Source: Heptranchias perlo
Lineage: Eukaryota
Reading direction: 5' to 3'
Length of the DNA: 64,000 nucleotides
NCBI RefSeq assembly: GCF_035084215.1
Contig: NC_090363.1
Location: 3,782,001 to 3,846,000 of the forward strand
The notes under the pieces are model-generated. The model did no database searches. It saw only the letters and a program-made list of their open reading frames with translations, and was not told where the DNA came from. Positions 1 through 13,072 of this stretch are shown in pieces. The number at the start of each line of letters is the position of its first letter. Position 1 is the first letter of the stretch. A program made the position numbers and the translations under genes.

Positions 1-1230
1 TAACTACCAACTCAGCTCCTGCAACCCCAGTGACTTACATTGAGAATACTGGAATTGAATTATTTTAATAAACTTCTGTTAAGCTTTTCCAGCACCTGTG
101 GTAGCAGGCTGTAGGAGAAGCAGCAGGGAGGAATCAACATTCAGTGCATTCATGCTGTTGCTACTTGTTTGTGGGATCATTTTAAAAAAAAACAATTTGA
201 CAAAAAAAAATTACCAAAGTTTATTTTTTTTGTTTGCTTTCCTTTGTAGCAGCCAATCATTTAGCTCCAGTGCCTATGTGTGACTCCATCCAGAACTGAG
301 ATCATGGAATGATACAGCACAGAAGGAGGCCATTGAGCCCATCACGCATGTGCTGAGATGTATCGCCGTGGCCTCTCAGTGGGCTGTGTGTTGGTGTAAA
401 TCTGGGCAGTGTCACAGAGCGATAGGCCAAAGGTTTGTTCCTCCACAAATGCAGGAAGGATGACAAGGGCAGGGAAGGTTTTTCTCAGAAGGGAGATAGA
501 GTGTTGCCCCTGGACGCTGTCTGCCAGTTGATTACAGAGTGATACAGGCAGAGAGGGGCCTGAGAGCAGGTTGCCTGCCTGCCTGCCTGCCTGCCACTTT
601 GGTCTCCGAACAGTATCTGTGTAGGGTTGAGGGAATCCAAAAGCAATGGGGAAGAAATAACTTAAATTAAAAATACATATAAATAAGTAGATAACATTTT
701 TTTAAAAACCCAAGGCAGGCTCACTATCTTATCCCCAACATTATCTGGGCAGTTAACATTTCTGGCAGATCTCCAGAAGAGAGCAAATCTTTTAATCCTT
801 GTATTTTCCTGGATGGAAGGTTGATGCTAAAAGATGTCATTAAGGGAACAGATTGCGCTATTTTCTAGAGTTCATTTTCATCCATAAAAGGTACTTAATA
901 AAGCCTGGCTTATATCCTGATATCTGGATCACAGGAGGTTTTATCTGATCAATATAAACCAGTCAGCTGTAATACATTCATATTATTTCATATGGAAAAT
1001 GGTTATTTTTATTTCAGTTTTACTTTTAATCTTGTTCGAATTATTAATCTGCCATATGCCAAATGCAAAATAAACCCCAAAATCAGTTTTTCAGGGTATG
1101 ATGGGAGATTGGAGCAAACATCCTTAATCCAAAAGACAAAAAGAATCCATTATGAAAACACAACACAGGTACCATTTTAAAATATCTACCGATCTCAAAG
1201 AAGTAGACCGAATAATCAGAAGGATCTTAC

Positions 1231-1312
1231 GTTTCCTGGCCTCGGCAACCTTCTCTGCAGCTCGTTTTTCAGCATGGAGAAGCTGCTGTATTCCTTGTGA
1301 CTGGCTGGCCAT
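1231..1312 (-). CDS. ATP6V1G: V-type proton ATPase subunit G, first coding exon (remaining exons not seen in this window)
   Basis: Translates [27 protein letters not shown](R), the conserved subunit G N-terminus. The 82-nt exon ends at a GTAAG donor (cttac at 1226-1230). Paralog (G1 or G2) not resolved from this exon; the NEU1 neighbourhood favours G2. Confidence 0.93.
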
Positions 1313-2137
1313 TTTTATTTTCTCTCTCTGTGTCTCTGCCTCTCCTCCCAGATCAGGTACCAGATGATGTTGAAAGGAAAGAAGGATTCCTCAGGGTCCT
1401 AATGCTGGCTGCCACTAATTTCAAATGCAGACCAGATTTTGCTGAGAAAAATAACAGCGTCTGAACGATGCAGGCTGTTAATAAAGTGCAAATTGGCCAG
1501 CAACTTGTAGTGAGGAAGAGATAACCCATGAATTGCCACAAGTTGCTGGCTGATTTGCTCTGCCGTTAGCGTCGTGAAAATGGTATCTCACGCTTAACCT
1601 CCCCGTGATTTTCATGAAGTTACTGCATTTGCACATTAATTGCCCATTAAGCTTGCCACAGAAAGTTAAGTCTGATGATTAACAGTGTAAGTACCCTTTT
1701 AACAATGTGATCATTGTTAATGACTGCCAATCAACCTCTCTTGCTCAGAAAGTAAACAATTATAAATGTGGAGTCTCATTCCTTCAGGTTGTGAATTGTT
1801 TTAGGAGATTTTAAAAATGTAAAAACATGTTCTTTTCCATTCTGTCTCATTTTTCTCTCTTAATCCAATCATTCTTTTTATTTCTTTCTGAACCTGATTC
1901 AACATTGAATTCACCCACTCTAATTCACCCTCCTCAGTCCTTCCTGTTTACTTCTCAATCCTTAAATCTCAATGGTTAAGGAGATACATCATTTGTTCCA
2001 TCGTTCACCAAGGTCCCAGATGCCCTGTTGCCCTCACTGCGCTGTTATCAGCTCGCACTTCCAGCAAGTTTGTGGGCAAAAAATTTTAACACCTATACGT
2101 GCAATTGTAAGTTTAACTATCGGCATGCTGTGTACAA

Positions 2138-2377
2138 TGTTCCCCTCCAAGTCACACACCATCCCGACTTGGAAATATATCGCCGTTCCTTCATCGTCGC
2201 TGGGTCAAAATCCTGGAACTCCCCTCCTAACAGCACTGTGGGAGAACCTTCACCACACCGACTGCAGCGGTTCAAGAAGTCGGCTCACCACCACCTTCTC
2301 AAGGGCAATTAGGGATGGGAAATAAATGCTGGCCTCGCCAGCGACGCCCACATCCCATGAACGAATAAAAAAAAAAA
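2138..2377 (+). mobile_element. 3' fragment of the LINE family seen near full length at 60763-63932
   Basis: Near-identical to about 63695-63932 (HHPDLEIYRRSFIVAGSKSWNS...), ends aataaaaaaa. Confidence 0.85.
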
Positions 2378-2378
2378 T

Positions 2379-2908
2379 TTTTGCTCTCCTTATCTAAGGA
2401 AGGATACACTTACCTTAGAGGTGGTGCAACAAAGGTTCACTAGATTGATTCCTGGGATGAGAGGGTTGTCCTATGAGGAGAGATTGAGTAGAATGGGCCT
2501 ATATTCTCTGGAGTTTAGAAGAATGAGAGGTGATCTCATTGAAATTAAATTTCTTAGAGGACTTGACAGGGTAGATGCTGAGAGGCTATTTCCCTTGACT
2601 GGAGAGTCTAGAATTGGGGGTCATTGTCTCAAGATAAGGGGTCGGCCATTTAGGACCAAGATGAGGAAATATTTCTTCACTCACGGGGCTATGAACCTTT
2701 GGAATTCTCTATCCCAGAGGGCTGTGGATACTCAGTCGTTGAATATATTCAAGACTGAGAGCAATAGATTTTTGGACACTTAAGGGAATCAAGGGGATTA
2801 GGCAGGAAAGTGGAGTTGAGATAGAAGATCAGCCGTGATCTTATTGAATGTGGAGCAGCCTCGAGGGGCCGTATGGCCTACTCCTGCTCCTGTTTCTCAA
2901 GTTCTTAG
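2379..2908 (+). mobile_element. CR1 LINE 3' fragment
   Basis: ORF VQQRFTRLIPGMRGLSYEERLSRMGLYSLEFRRMRGDLIE is the typical CR1 ORF2 C-terminus, followed by the ggcctactcctgctcc tail. Confidence 0.88.
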
Positions 2909-3375
2909 TTTACTGAGGTACAGACTTGGTTGTGGCTGCAATAGAGCGCTGAACACTATAACTTCCTCAGCCTTTTGCAACTCCTATTTCTTTGTGTTGT
3001 ATCCAATATTGTGAAATAGTTCTGGCATGGCTGTGTTTTCCACTTTGTGGGCGTAGTTATTTCTTACTTTTGTTGTTGGCTTATCAGTCTTACCTTATTT
3101 TTTAAAATTCATTCTGCGTTGCTAACACTTATTGCCCATCCCTGGTTACCCTTCAGAAGGTGGTGATGGGCCGTCTTCTTGAACCGCTGCAGTCCGTGTG
3201 GTGAAGGTACTCCCACAGTGCTGTTAGGTAGGAAGTTCCAGGATTTTGACCCAGTCCTCATTTATCCTCTCCATCAATAGCAAAATACTCTGAATGCTGG
3301 AAATCTGAAATAAAAATTAGAACAGAAAATGCTGGGAAAACTCAGCATGTGAGGCAGCATTTGTGAAGAAAGAAA

Positions 3376-3414
3376 CAGTTAACGTTTCAGGTCGAAGACC
3401 TTTCATCAGAACTG
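3376..3414 (-). ncRNA. Minimal type I hammerhead ribozyme motif (Penelope family A)
   Basis: Minus strand reads CAGUU-CUGAUGA-A-AGGUC(UUC)GACCU-GAAA-CGUU-AACUG: stem I, intact core, stem II and a palindromic AACGUU stem III. Confidence 0.8.
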
Positions 3415-5974
3415 GAAGATGTTAAGGAGCAAGTTTTTAAGCAAGTACAGAGCCAGAGAAAGGGGGGAGGGAGGGGAGGGAAGGAAAGAACAAAAGGGAA
3501 GGTCTGTGATAGGGTAGAGGGCAAGAGTGATTAAATGACAAAAGGGATGATGGTGCAAGGCAAGGAAGGTAGTGATAGGACAAGTTAAGAAACAAAAGAT
3601 TGGTCAGAAGTAGCTGTAAATGGCAACAGCAGAACCATAACAGCAGCTGCAGTCCGACAAATTTAAAAAGTATATATTTTTTTTAAAATGGGGGCAGTGG
3701 TTATGCTCTGAAGATATTGAAATCAGTGTTGAATGGAAGGTTATAAAATGCCTAATCGAAAGATGAGATGCTGTTCCTCGAGCTTACGCTGAGCTTCATT
3801 GGAACAGTGTAAGAAGCCGAGTCAGAGTGGGAGTGGGAGTGGGAGTGGGATGGGGAATTAAAATGGCAAGCGACCGGAGCGGAGGTGTTCAGCAAAGTGA
3901 TCACCCAGTCTGCATTTGGTCTCCCCAATGTAGGGGAGACCCCAGCGAATATAGTATACTAAATTGAAAGAAGTACAAGTAAATCGCTGTTTCAACTGGA
4001 AGGAGTGTTTAGGGACCTGGACAGTGGGAACGGAGGAGGTGAAAGGGCAGGTGTTGTATCTCCTGCGCTCGAACGGGAAGGTGCCTTGGGGAGGAGAGCG
4101 AGTGTTGGGGGGTGATGGAAGAGTGGACCAGGGTGTCGAGGAGGGAGCGGTCCCTCCTGAAAGGGGAGAGGAGGGGAAGATGTGTTTGGTGGTGGAATCG
4201 TGCTGGAGGTGGTGGAAATGGCGCAGAATGGTACGTTGAAAGTGGAGGCTGGTGGGGTGGAAGGTGAGGTCAAGGGGGACCCTATCATGGTTCTGGAAGG
4301 GAAGGGGTGAGGGCAGATGTGCGGGAAATAGGACAGGCACGGTCGAGAGCCCTCTACAGTGGAGGGGAATCCTCGGTTGAGGAAAAAGGAAGACATATCT
4401 GAAGCACTGGTATGGAAGGTGGCATCGTCGAACAGATGCGACGGAGATGGAAAAACTAGGAGAAGGGAACATAGTTCTTACAGGAAGCGGGGTGGGAAGA
4501 AGTGTAATCAAGGTAGCTGTGGGAGTCGGTGGACTTATAATAGATATTGGTTGACAGCCTATCCCCAGAAATGGAGATAGAGAAGTTGAGGAAGGGAAGG
4601 GAAGAGTCGGAGAATGGACCATGTGAAGACGAGAGAAGGGTGGAAATTGGAAGCAAAGCTGATGAAATTTTCCAGTTCAGGGCAAGAGCAGGAAACAGCA
4701 ACGATACAGTCATCAATGTACCAAGAAAAGAGGTGAGGGAGGGGACCTGAGTAGGATTGGAACAAGGAATGTTCCATGTATCCCACAAAAAGGCAGGCAT
4801 AGCTGGGACCCATAACGGGTTCCCATAGCGACACCTTTTATTTGGAGGAAGTGAGTGGAGTTAAAGGAGAAGTTGTTCAATGTAAGAACAAGTTCAGCCA
4901 GGCGGAAGAGGGTGGTGGTGGTGATGGGGACTGGTTGGGCCTCCGTTGAAGGAAGAAGCGGAGGACCAGCAGGCCGTCCTTGTGGGTGATGGAGGTGTAG
5001 AGGGACTGGACGTCCATGGTGAAAAAGAGACCGGGGAACTGGAAACTGTTAAAGTGGTGGAGGGTGTCAAAGAGTCGCAGATGTAGGTCGGAAGAGACTG
5101 GACAAGGAGAGAAAAAAGAGTCAAAATAGGAGGAAATAAGTTCCTGGGGCAAGAACAGGCTGAAACGATGGGTCTCCCAGGGCAGTCCTGTTTATGGATT
5201 TTGGGAAGGAGGTAGAAGCGGGTTGTGCGGGGTTGGAGGCCGTGGGGGGAAGATCTCCAGAGGAGATGAGGTCAGTGATGGTCTGGGAAACTATGACTTG
5301 ATGTTCGGCGTTGGGGTCATGGTCCAGAGGGAGGTAGAAGGAGGTGTTGGAGAGTTGGCGTTCAGTCTCCGGAAGGTAGAGGTCTGTTCACCACACAACA
5401 ACAGCGCCACCCTTGTCAGCGGGTTTAATGACAATGTCAGGGTTAGACCTGAGAGAACGGAGTGTTACGAGTTCAGAGGGAGGTAGGATACAGTGAGTGA
5501 GGGGAATGGAGATATTGAAACGGCAGTTCGCAATGAAAAGATTAAGAGACAGTAAGAGGCCAGAGGGAGGGTGCAGCTGGAATGAGAATTCTGAAGATGG
5601 GAGAAAGGGTCTGCTGTGCAGGGGAAGACTCCTGGCCAAAGAAGTGGGCACGGAGGCGAAGACGATGGAAGAAGAGCTCAGCATAGTGTCGAGCTCAAAA
5701 TTCATTGAGGTGGGGGCATAAGGGGATGAAGCCAAGGCCTTTGCTGAGGACTGATCGTTCGGGGTCAGAGAGGGGAAGGTCAGAGGGAATAGTGAAAACA
5801 CGACAAAGGGTGAGATTGGAGGGATATCTTCTATCATTTATCTTCTGTTCTGTATGGTCTTTGTCATCTCTATTTAAAATATGATGTCATCACACTCAAG
5901 GGGTAATATTGCAAAGCTTTGCTCCTGGTGTGGAGCCTCATTAGACGGGAATGCAGTCAGAGTGCACATCTTCC

Positions 5975-6011
5975 AGTTCTGACGAAAGGTCTTCGACCTG
6001 AATCGTTAACT
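5975..6011 (+). ncRNA. Hammerhead motif with mutated core (GAAU)
   Basis: AGUU-CUGACGA-A-AGGUC(UUC)GACCU-GAAU-CGUU-AACU. Confidence 0.6.
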
Positions 6012-6432
6012 CGGTTTCTTTCTCCACGGATGCTGCCTGACTTGCTGAGTTTTTCCAGCATTTTCTGTTTTTATTGCAGGTCACATAATTGGCCTTACAG
6101 TCTTACGACCCTATCTTTAACCCTTGCTCCTGCCTACTAGACTCCACATCAAGAGCTTTGCATTGCTGGATTACTTCTATAATGTAAAATCATTTCTTGC
6201 TTCATAGTTTTAAATGAATAGATTTTATATAAAAATATATTATAATTCTGATAATGCTGCAAGCATCTGTTTCCTTTCTTGAAAAGTTTATATTACCCAA
6301 CATCATCTTGAACCAAAAATATTTAAAATATCACTTAAAGAAGAAAGAACTTGTTTTTATATAGCACTTTTCACATCCCCGTGATGTGGGAGAGGGTTTT
6401 TGAAGTCACCAGTTTTGTCGGCAAACGCAGCT

Positions 6433-6743
6433 TCCAAATCATGCACAGTAAGGCCCCCCTAATAGTAATGAGGTAAATGACCAGTTAATCTGTTGTTGAA
6501 GGTGTTGGTCAAGGGTTAAGTGTTGCGCCGTGGGCTCCAAATCATGCACAGTAAGGCCCCCCTAATAGTAATGAGGTAAATGACCAGTTAATCTGTTGTT
6601 GAAGGTGTTGGTCAAGGGTTAAGTGTTGCGCCGTGGGCTCCAAATCATGCACAGTAAGGCCCCCCTAATAGTAATGAGGTAAATGACCAGTTAATCTGTT
6701 GTTGAAGGTGTTGGTCAAGGGTTAAGTGTTGCGCCGTGGGCTC
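6433..6743. repeat. 3 x 103 bp tandem repeat inside a degenerate minus-strand SINE
   Basis: Unit tccaaatcatgcacagtaagg...gcgccgtgggc starts at 6433, 6536 and 6639; units look identical. Confidence 0.93.
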
Positions 6744-8172
6744 ATTTATGTTGAATGTAACAGGCGAACAGAGCCACAGTTTAACGTCTAATCTGAAAGA
6801 CCGCACCTCAGGCAATGCAATGTCGTGGCTAGATTAATTGCTCAAAGCTCTGGAATGGGGCTTAAATCCAGAGCCTTCTGATTTGGAGGCAAGAATGCTG
6901 GCACTGGGCCAAGCTGCCACACTTAGGCCTCAATGTTGGAGAAGAAATTGGATGAATCTTAGGTCCCAGAGATGATTCCCAACCCTGATTAGCAGGGTTG
7001 CTCTGACATTAGTGATACAGAGGTTAGTGTGGTATAATCAGAGAAAAAATACAGAGCATTATGATGGCAAAGGTGCCAATTTTTTAGAATTTCAATGAAA
7101 ATTTCAACCAGGACGGTCCCAGCTTTGCCCTTGGTATGTTCTCATTCAGCTGATCGTAGCTGGACTGCATTAGGAGTATGGTAATTGGCCTCAGCATTGC
7201 TAGTTTAGGGAGGGTGGGAAAAATCCAACGTTCCTATTCCTGATCACCCAGGTACCTCTGCTGAAATTTGTGTGTGTGTATATACCTCAGTGGAAGTCGG
7301 GATTGGGCTTGGCTTTGATGTCCCCATGGTGAATCACCTCCTAATACTCACCATCAAGGCTCATGTATCAATAATGAATATGGTAGGGCACCTGTGGAAT
7401 GGAGGAGGGGGGGGGCGTCTTAGGATGTTAAAATTGGCAACGTAAAGATATGTATTAAAGAGAAAAAAGATTACTCATCTCCTTTAAAGGAACTTCAATA
7501 TATTTATTCATTTTCAACCTCCTGAAGACCTGCCATTTTGGATCTTTTCTTGATTATGAAGCCATGATAATGACAAAGGGGACATCTCGCAGTGAATCTT
7601 TTGATGACCCCAAAATCCCTTAAAACCGGCTATGGTGCCAATCCAGAGGTGCTCCACCGGGAGAAATTATTAACCGGTGCTGCTGCGTTCTCCACTGGAC
7701 TAATTGCCACCTCCTCGTCACTTCTGGATTGGCAACTCTCCAGCCTACAACCAACGGGTGAGCCAGTGGGAGGTGCTCAAAGTGACAACTACTTGCATTT
7801 ATATAGTGCCTTTAACATAGTAAAACATCCCCAGGGACTTCACAGGAGCGTAAACAGACAAATATTGACACCAAGCCAAAGGAGGAGATATTAGGGACAG
7901 GTAACCAAAAGTTTGGTCAAAGAGCTAGGTTTTAACAACAACAACTTGCATTTATATAGCACCTTTAAGTAGTAAAACTTCCCAAGGCACTTCAACAGGC
8001 ATGTAATCAGACAAAAAAAATTGGACACCGAGCCACATAGAGAGATTAGTCAAAGAGTTACAGTTGTACCCTTTGTCGTGATTAGCAACATTATCATCAG
8101 TAAACGTGAAGCTGTACAGAGAGCATGTTACAAACAAGAACAGGACGCAGTTCAGGAAAGTTCTTATAAAAT

Positions 8173-8178
8173 TTTATT
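8173..8178 (-). terminator. Candidate NEU1 polyadenylation signal
   Basis: AATAAA on the minus strand followed by a GU/U-rich tract (cctgttcttgtttgt). Implies a 3' UTR of about 1.9 kb; other AATAAA sites exist near 8260, 9175 and 9630. Confidence 0.45.
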
Positions 8179-10064
8179 GTACAAATAATTGGATTATTTG
8201 GCAAACAGCAAAAATCCATTAAGCACCAATTCACATTTGCTGTGGTCAGTCTCCTGCTTTATTTATTTACAGGTTTCAATACTCTTTTTAGTTGATCAGG
8301 AATAATCTACAGCATTTCCGGGCTACAGTAAAGTCAACAGAACGTACAAATAAAATCTCCATTGAAACTCAAATATTTATGTTTGGATCATTGAACAGGG
8401 GGGATCTGAGCCTAGATTTTGGCACGGATTTCAACATTTTCAGAGGGACCCATTCCCTTTCCCAGTATTGATATTAATTTAACGATGCTGTCCCTATGCT
8501 GGAGAGAATAATGGAGGTACCTTATACTCTGGACATGTTAAAAAATATTGCCCTCTGATTGAATATACAAATCAGAACTACCGAGTCAAATAAAACTTGT
8601 CGCTTTTTCTTCTAGGTTACAATTTTTTTCCTCTTGGCTCCCACCTAAAAAAATCTGACTTTTCCTGAATGCACTGACTGATACTGGGGTATGGTTCCGT
8701 GGGCTCTGGCAAAATTCTGATACCAAAATGGGCACTCATCACATGTAAGCCAAGACAGCAATGTCAGCGGGCTATTCGAAATGGAGGATGTTGGAGCAGA
8801 GGCTCATCCTGCTATTACATCCAGTCATGCACGCACTTTAGGGCAGGAGCCACTGGCTGACAGTTAGGAGCAGAAACCACAGCTGATTGTTTGGTCCCCT
8901 CTCTAGCCCGAGTGCGCTTCGGCCATTTATAGTACCCCCTAACCGTTGCCCAGGTGCTCGTTCCATTTAAATTTCCAAGTGTGCTGCAGCCAATTATAGA
9001 ATCCCTAACTGTTGCCCAGGTGCCAGTTTTATTTTAGGAAGGATTTTCTCTGTCACAAGGTTACAATTACATACATAAAATATCACGCACCCTGCCACCT
9101 TCCAAATGCCCCTCCCCACATTGAGATAAGAGGACAGTCACGAGCCAGAGTCTCAGATTTAAAATATACAAGACTTTATTCTGAAGAGTCAGTCTGCTCA
9201 GCAGACATCACTCGAGCACAGTCTGACATCTAAAGACCACAACAAAAAAGAAATGAGAAAAGGCCACCTAACCCACCCAGCTCAACTGGTTGTTTAAAAT
9301 AATGCAGCAGCTCCGAGTACTTTCATCTTTCTCCTTCAGAACTTGAAAGGATTGTTTTAAGGCTACATGGTCCAAACAGGGTTACCTTGTAGTCTTCCCA
9401 AAAGATCTCTCCTGCTGGGCCGCATCCTTCAGAAGACAGTGATGGTTTGACCTGGGCCCTCTGTCAATAGTAAGGACCTAGGACCAAGTAGGGAAACTCA
9501 TTCTCACCAAGCCAGAGACCCAATGGTTCTACCTCCTCTCAGATTTCAACATACTGACACAGTCACAGTGATAGTTCAACCAGCTAACACAAGACTTTTC
9601 AAATAAATTCTGACTCAATTTTGTTAAATTTTATTTTAAAATGTATGCAGATTTAGCAGCATTTTCAATATTGTCATGATGAAGTACAAAAATAATAGGG
9701 CAGGTTCTCAAATCAGATAAAGATGGGGCTGGCCACAGGCACAAACTTCTCATGTTGCACATCCATTGAAGTCAGGTGACAATTCCAGGTCTCTCACTCA
9801 CATTTAAGTTATTGGGAGGAATAAATACTGGCTGCAAAGTGAGAGGAGTATAATGAAATTTAGAGCTTTACTACACTGATTTAAAGCTAAATATAGAAAA
9901 ACCCATTTTTACCATCAAAGTAATGGAAAACTATGAATATGTGTAGCGGTGTAAAAAAATAGAGATTTTTCTTTTCCCGATAAACTGGAGCCTGTGGTTC
10001 TTTAAGACTCGGTTGGATCATACACCCATTGTCCATGGAGGTTCTAGAAGAGGTGTCAGGGCTC

Positions 10065-10270
10065 TCAATCAATACGAATCTTCACAAACGAAATGGATTC
10101 CGTTATGTCTACATGCCCTTTCTCATAAACCAAGTAGATGTATTGCTCGACGCTTGCGTTGCTGAAGGTAGCCATGGCAGAATAGCCACTTGGGCCACGC
10201 CAGATCACCATGTTGTCTTTTACCCATGATTTGCCATTATCATAACTCCATCTAAGGGTCAGGTTTACAC
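10065..10270 (-). CDS. NEU1: Sialidase-1 exon 6 (last coding exon)
   Basis: Not in the ORF track. After a TAG acceptor it reads (R)VNLTLRWSYDNGKSW...WRGPSGYSAM...YIYLVYEKGHVDITESISFVKIRID*, with an Asp-box, the catalytic Tyr (GYS) and YEKG. Confidence 0.9.
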
Positions 10271-11535
10271 CTAGGGATTAAAACAGGAAAAATATAAAAT
10301 GAATTGAAACGTTGTGTGTAATTATAACGGATGCACAGTCTAAGACACTATTTATGGACCAGACTTTCCTGGGGAGGGGCACCTCACGGCGTGCCTCGTT
10401 AGTTAGACTTTTTCCCTCATCCTTCAACTCGTAAAATGTTTTCCCTCTAAGTAGCTAGAAGTGAGAGAGCAACAGGGCAACTGGGACCTTGGTGAACGGC
10501 AGGACCAACAGTATAACTCCTTAACCAGTGAGAATTAAGGCTAGAGAAAGAAACCGGAATGATGGAGAAGGAAAAAGGATGAATGAGAGTCAAATCAGGT
10601 ACAGAAAGAGAAATAGACAGGGAAAGACCGACTGGATTAAGAGAGAGAGAAAAAGAGAAAGGAGTAAGAAAAAATTTAGATATTTTAAATTTTAATAATC
10701 TCTTACAACAATTTACTACCTGTAGGAATGAGACTCCAGTTTAAATTGTTCCCCCTCAACCAGCATCACTAAAAAATAGATTAGCTGGTCGTTATCTCAT
10801 TGTTGTTTGTGGGACCTTGCGGTGTGCGAATTGGCTGCTGCGTTTCCTATATTACAACAGTGATTACACTTCGTTGGCTGTAAAGCACTTTGGGATGTCC
10901 TGAGGTCATGAAAGGCGCTATATAAATGCAAGTCTTTTTCTTCCTTTCGCACTGATATAGAGAGGATTAGAATGGTCGTTATTTTGTATTGTTACGTGAC
11001 AACAAGTTGTACTGATTGAATCCGATTACAATTATGGCTCAGTACATTCACTTGCTGTGAAATGAAGCAGCCCAAGGATTCATATACGTAGCCTCATTTT
11101 ACCAGATCCGCTTTCGGAAAGATTGGAGAGGCACATGCGAAAGACATGTGCAGATCACAAGGGGACGAGTATTGTCTCCCCCCCCCCCCCCCCCCACCCA
11201 GTGTTGTACAATAGTTAGATATTGGGAAGTACAGACGCACTCTAATAAAAGATGCTCAGACCACTTACAAGAGTGACCAGTACCCCCACACTCAAGAGTA
11301 TCTAAGAGAAAGTCCTAGATTTGTAACACCTGCACTCACTAGAAACGGAATTGAAATTGCCCGAACTCAATTTAATTTCAGAGTCATCAGACATGGGGTC
11401 CATTCATCCCATCAGTCTGGACTGGATTCTGTACCCTTTGTGTGTATACTATGATGTACTCAACCCCGTGAGAATGTACTGATGGGATGGTATTCTCAAC
11501 GTCAACAGCCCCGGTGCCACAAGTAGGGAACTCAC

Positions 11536-11755
11536 GTTTGTACGGGTTTGCAGGATTGCTGAAGAAAACAACGTTGTCTTTGACCAAAGCTCCCGCTGCC
11601 ACGGCCGGGTCTATCAGAGTCTCGTCGAAGGTCACGGTTTCTATCGGCAGCGACTCGCACGCATCGTAGCTCTTCGTTATTATCCGGCAGTGACAGTGGT
11701 AGAAATTCTGGTTCCGTGCGTTAATCACTACAGAACCATCCAGTAATTCATAGGG
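11536..11755 (-). CDS. NEU1: Sialidase-1 exon 5
   Basis: [25 protein letters not shown]...[11 protein letters not shown]...VFFSNPA; AG/GT boundaries, 220 nt, phases fit neighbouring exons. Confidence 0.93.
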
Positions 11756-11923
11756 CTTAAAAAAAAAACACACATATGATATTTGATGGAAGTAAAAAGC
11801 ACCAACTGATCATCACCTTTGAAAGGGGAACAGTGCCCAATTAATCCCTGCTTTGAGGGACAGAGCAATTGTTGATCATGTATGTTAGATTCACATAAAT
11901 AAATACTAGTTTCTCCAGGCCAG

Positions 11924-12361
11924 TGTGAGCTGTGGCTCAGTGGGTCGCACTCTCGTCTGAGTCAGGAGGTCGTGGGTTCAAGCCCCACTCCAGAGACTTC
12001 AGCACAAAATCTAGGCTGACACTCCCAGCACTGAGGGAGTGCTGCACTGTCAGAAGTGCCGTCTTTCAGATGAGACGTTAAACCGAGGCCCCGTCAGCTC
12101 TCTCAGCTGGACGTAAAAGATCCCACGGCCACTATCCCCGGTGTTCTGGCCAATAATTATCCCTCAACCAACATCACTAAAAAAAAATAGAAATATCTGG
12201 TCATTATCATATTGCTGTCTGTGAGAGTTTGCTGTGTGCAAAGTGGCTGCCGCATTTCCTACATTATAACAGCGACTACACCTCAAAAGTACTTCATTGG
12301 CTTTAAAGCGCTTTGGGATGTCTTGAGGTCATGAAAGGCGCTATATAAATGCAAGTCTTTC
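11924..12361 (+). mobile_element. tRNA-derived DeuSINE (SacSINE1/AmnSINE-like), near full length
   Basis: A/B-box head (tggctcagtgg...ggttcaagccc), central gctgacactcccag..gagggagtgctgcactgtc domain, and L2-like tail aggcgctatataaatgcaagtc. Confidence 0.8.
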
Positions 12362-12645
12362 TTTTTTGTAGAATTGGTGGGGATTCAAACATTCCGTGCT
12401 GTGCTGAGATTGGCTCATAATGTACCTCCACTGGCTACATGAGGCTGCATCACCACCCTCTCCCCTCCCTCAAATGTTTGGGAATCTCTGCTCGAGAGCT
12501 CAAATATCAGCATTTTAAAGTTGAATTTGCCAGGGAAGGAACATACATTGACCTCTTCCCTCGCCTCAAAGTATGGGCCACAGTGCCTGTTCCCTTTTCA
12601 GAATCCCTCGCATGCCACTCAGGCCAACTGAAAGGAGGTCATTAC

Positions 12646-12828
12646 CTGGTTCTCATCTGGGTTGAAGTCTCTGGCTTTTTTTGGCTGATTGAAGGGAATT
12701 CCCTTCAGACTCCCTCCATTTTTCCAGGTCTTGCCGTGGTCGTCACTCAAAAGGCAGAATATCCCATCTTCCTCAATCGTTCCATGGCCACAGACAATCA
12801 AACGGCCTTTCTTTGGATTGTACTTTTT
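12646..12828 (-). CDS. NEU1: Sialidase-1 exon 4
   Basis: [35 protein letters not shown]...DFNPDENQ; 183 nt with AG/GT boundaries. Confidence 0.94.
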
Positions 12829-12894
12829 CTATGGAAAGGAGTTTTTCTATTGTGAGAAAATTACGAACTCCAGAGATGTGCAAACTTGACTTAT

Positions 12895-13072
12895 GGGGTA
12901 GAAATTCACCTTGGGGCAGCAGCGCAAAACAGGCGGTATTGGATCGGCCGCCTGTTATATGCCCTGCCCGAATTCCACTGACTGCAATGCAACCAAATAT
13001 CGAGCGGGCGTAAAACAGGCAGTCGATGCTAGAATACCCGTTTTGCGCTGCCGCCCCAAGACAAATTTCTAT
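12895..13072. mobile_element. Palindromic MITE-like element
   Basis: Ends gtagaaattcaccttggggcagcagcgcaaaac and gttttgcgctgccgccccaagacaaatttctat are imperfect inverted repeats. Confidence 0.65.

Larger units (their letters stand above)
3279..6079 (-). mobile_element. Penelope-like retroelement (family A), degenerate, with an inverted terminal copy at about 5966-6079
   Basis: Frameshifted RT motifs FFTMDVQSLYTSI, MGPSYACLFVGYME and WYIDDC, plus GIY-YIG motif LVYYIR..PYIGETKCRLGDHFAEHLR. The terminus near 3300-3422 recurs inverted at 5966-6079. Confidence 0.85.

Noticed and set aside
11924-11995. tRNA gene
   Set aside because: A/B boxes are present but it is the head of a multi-copy SINE, and no full cloverleaf is evident.
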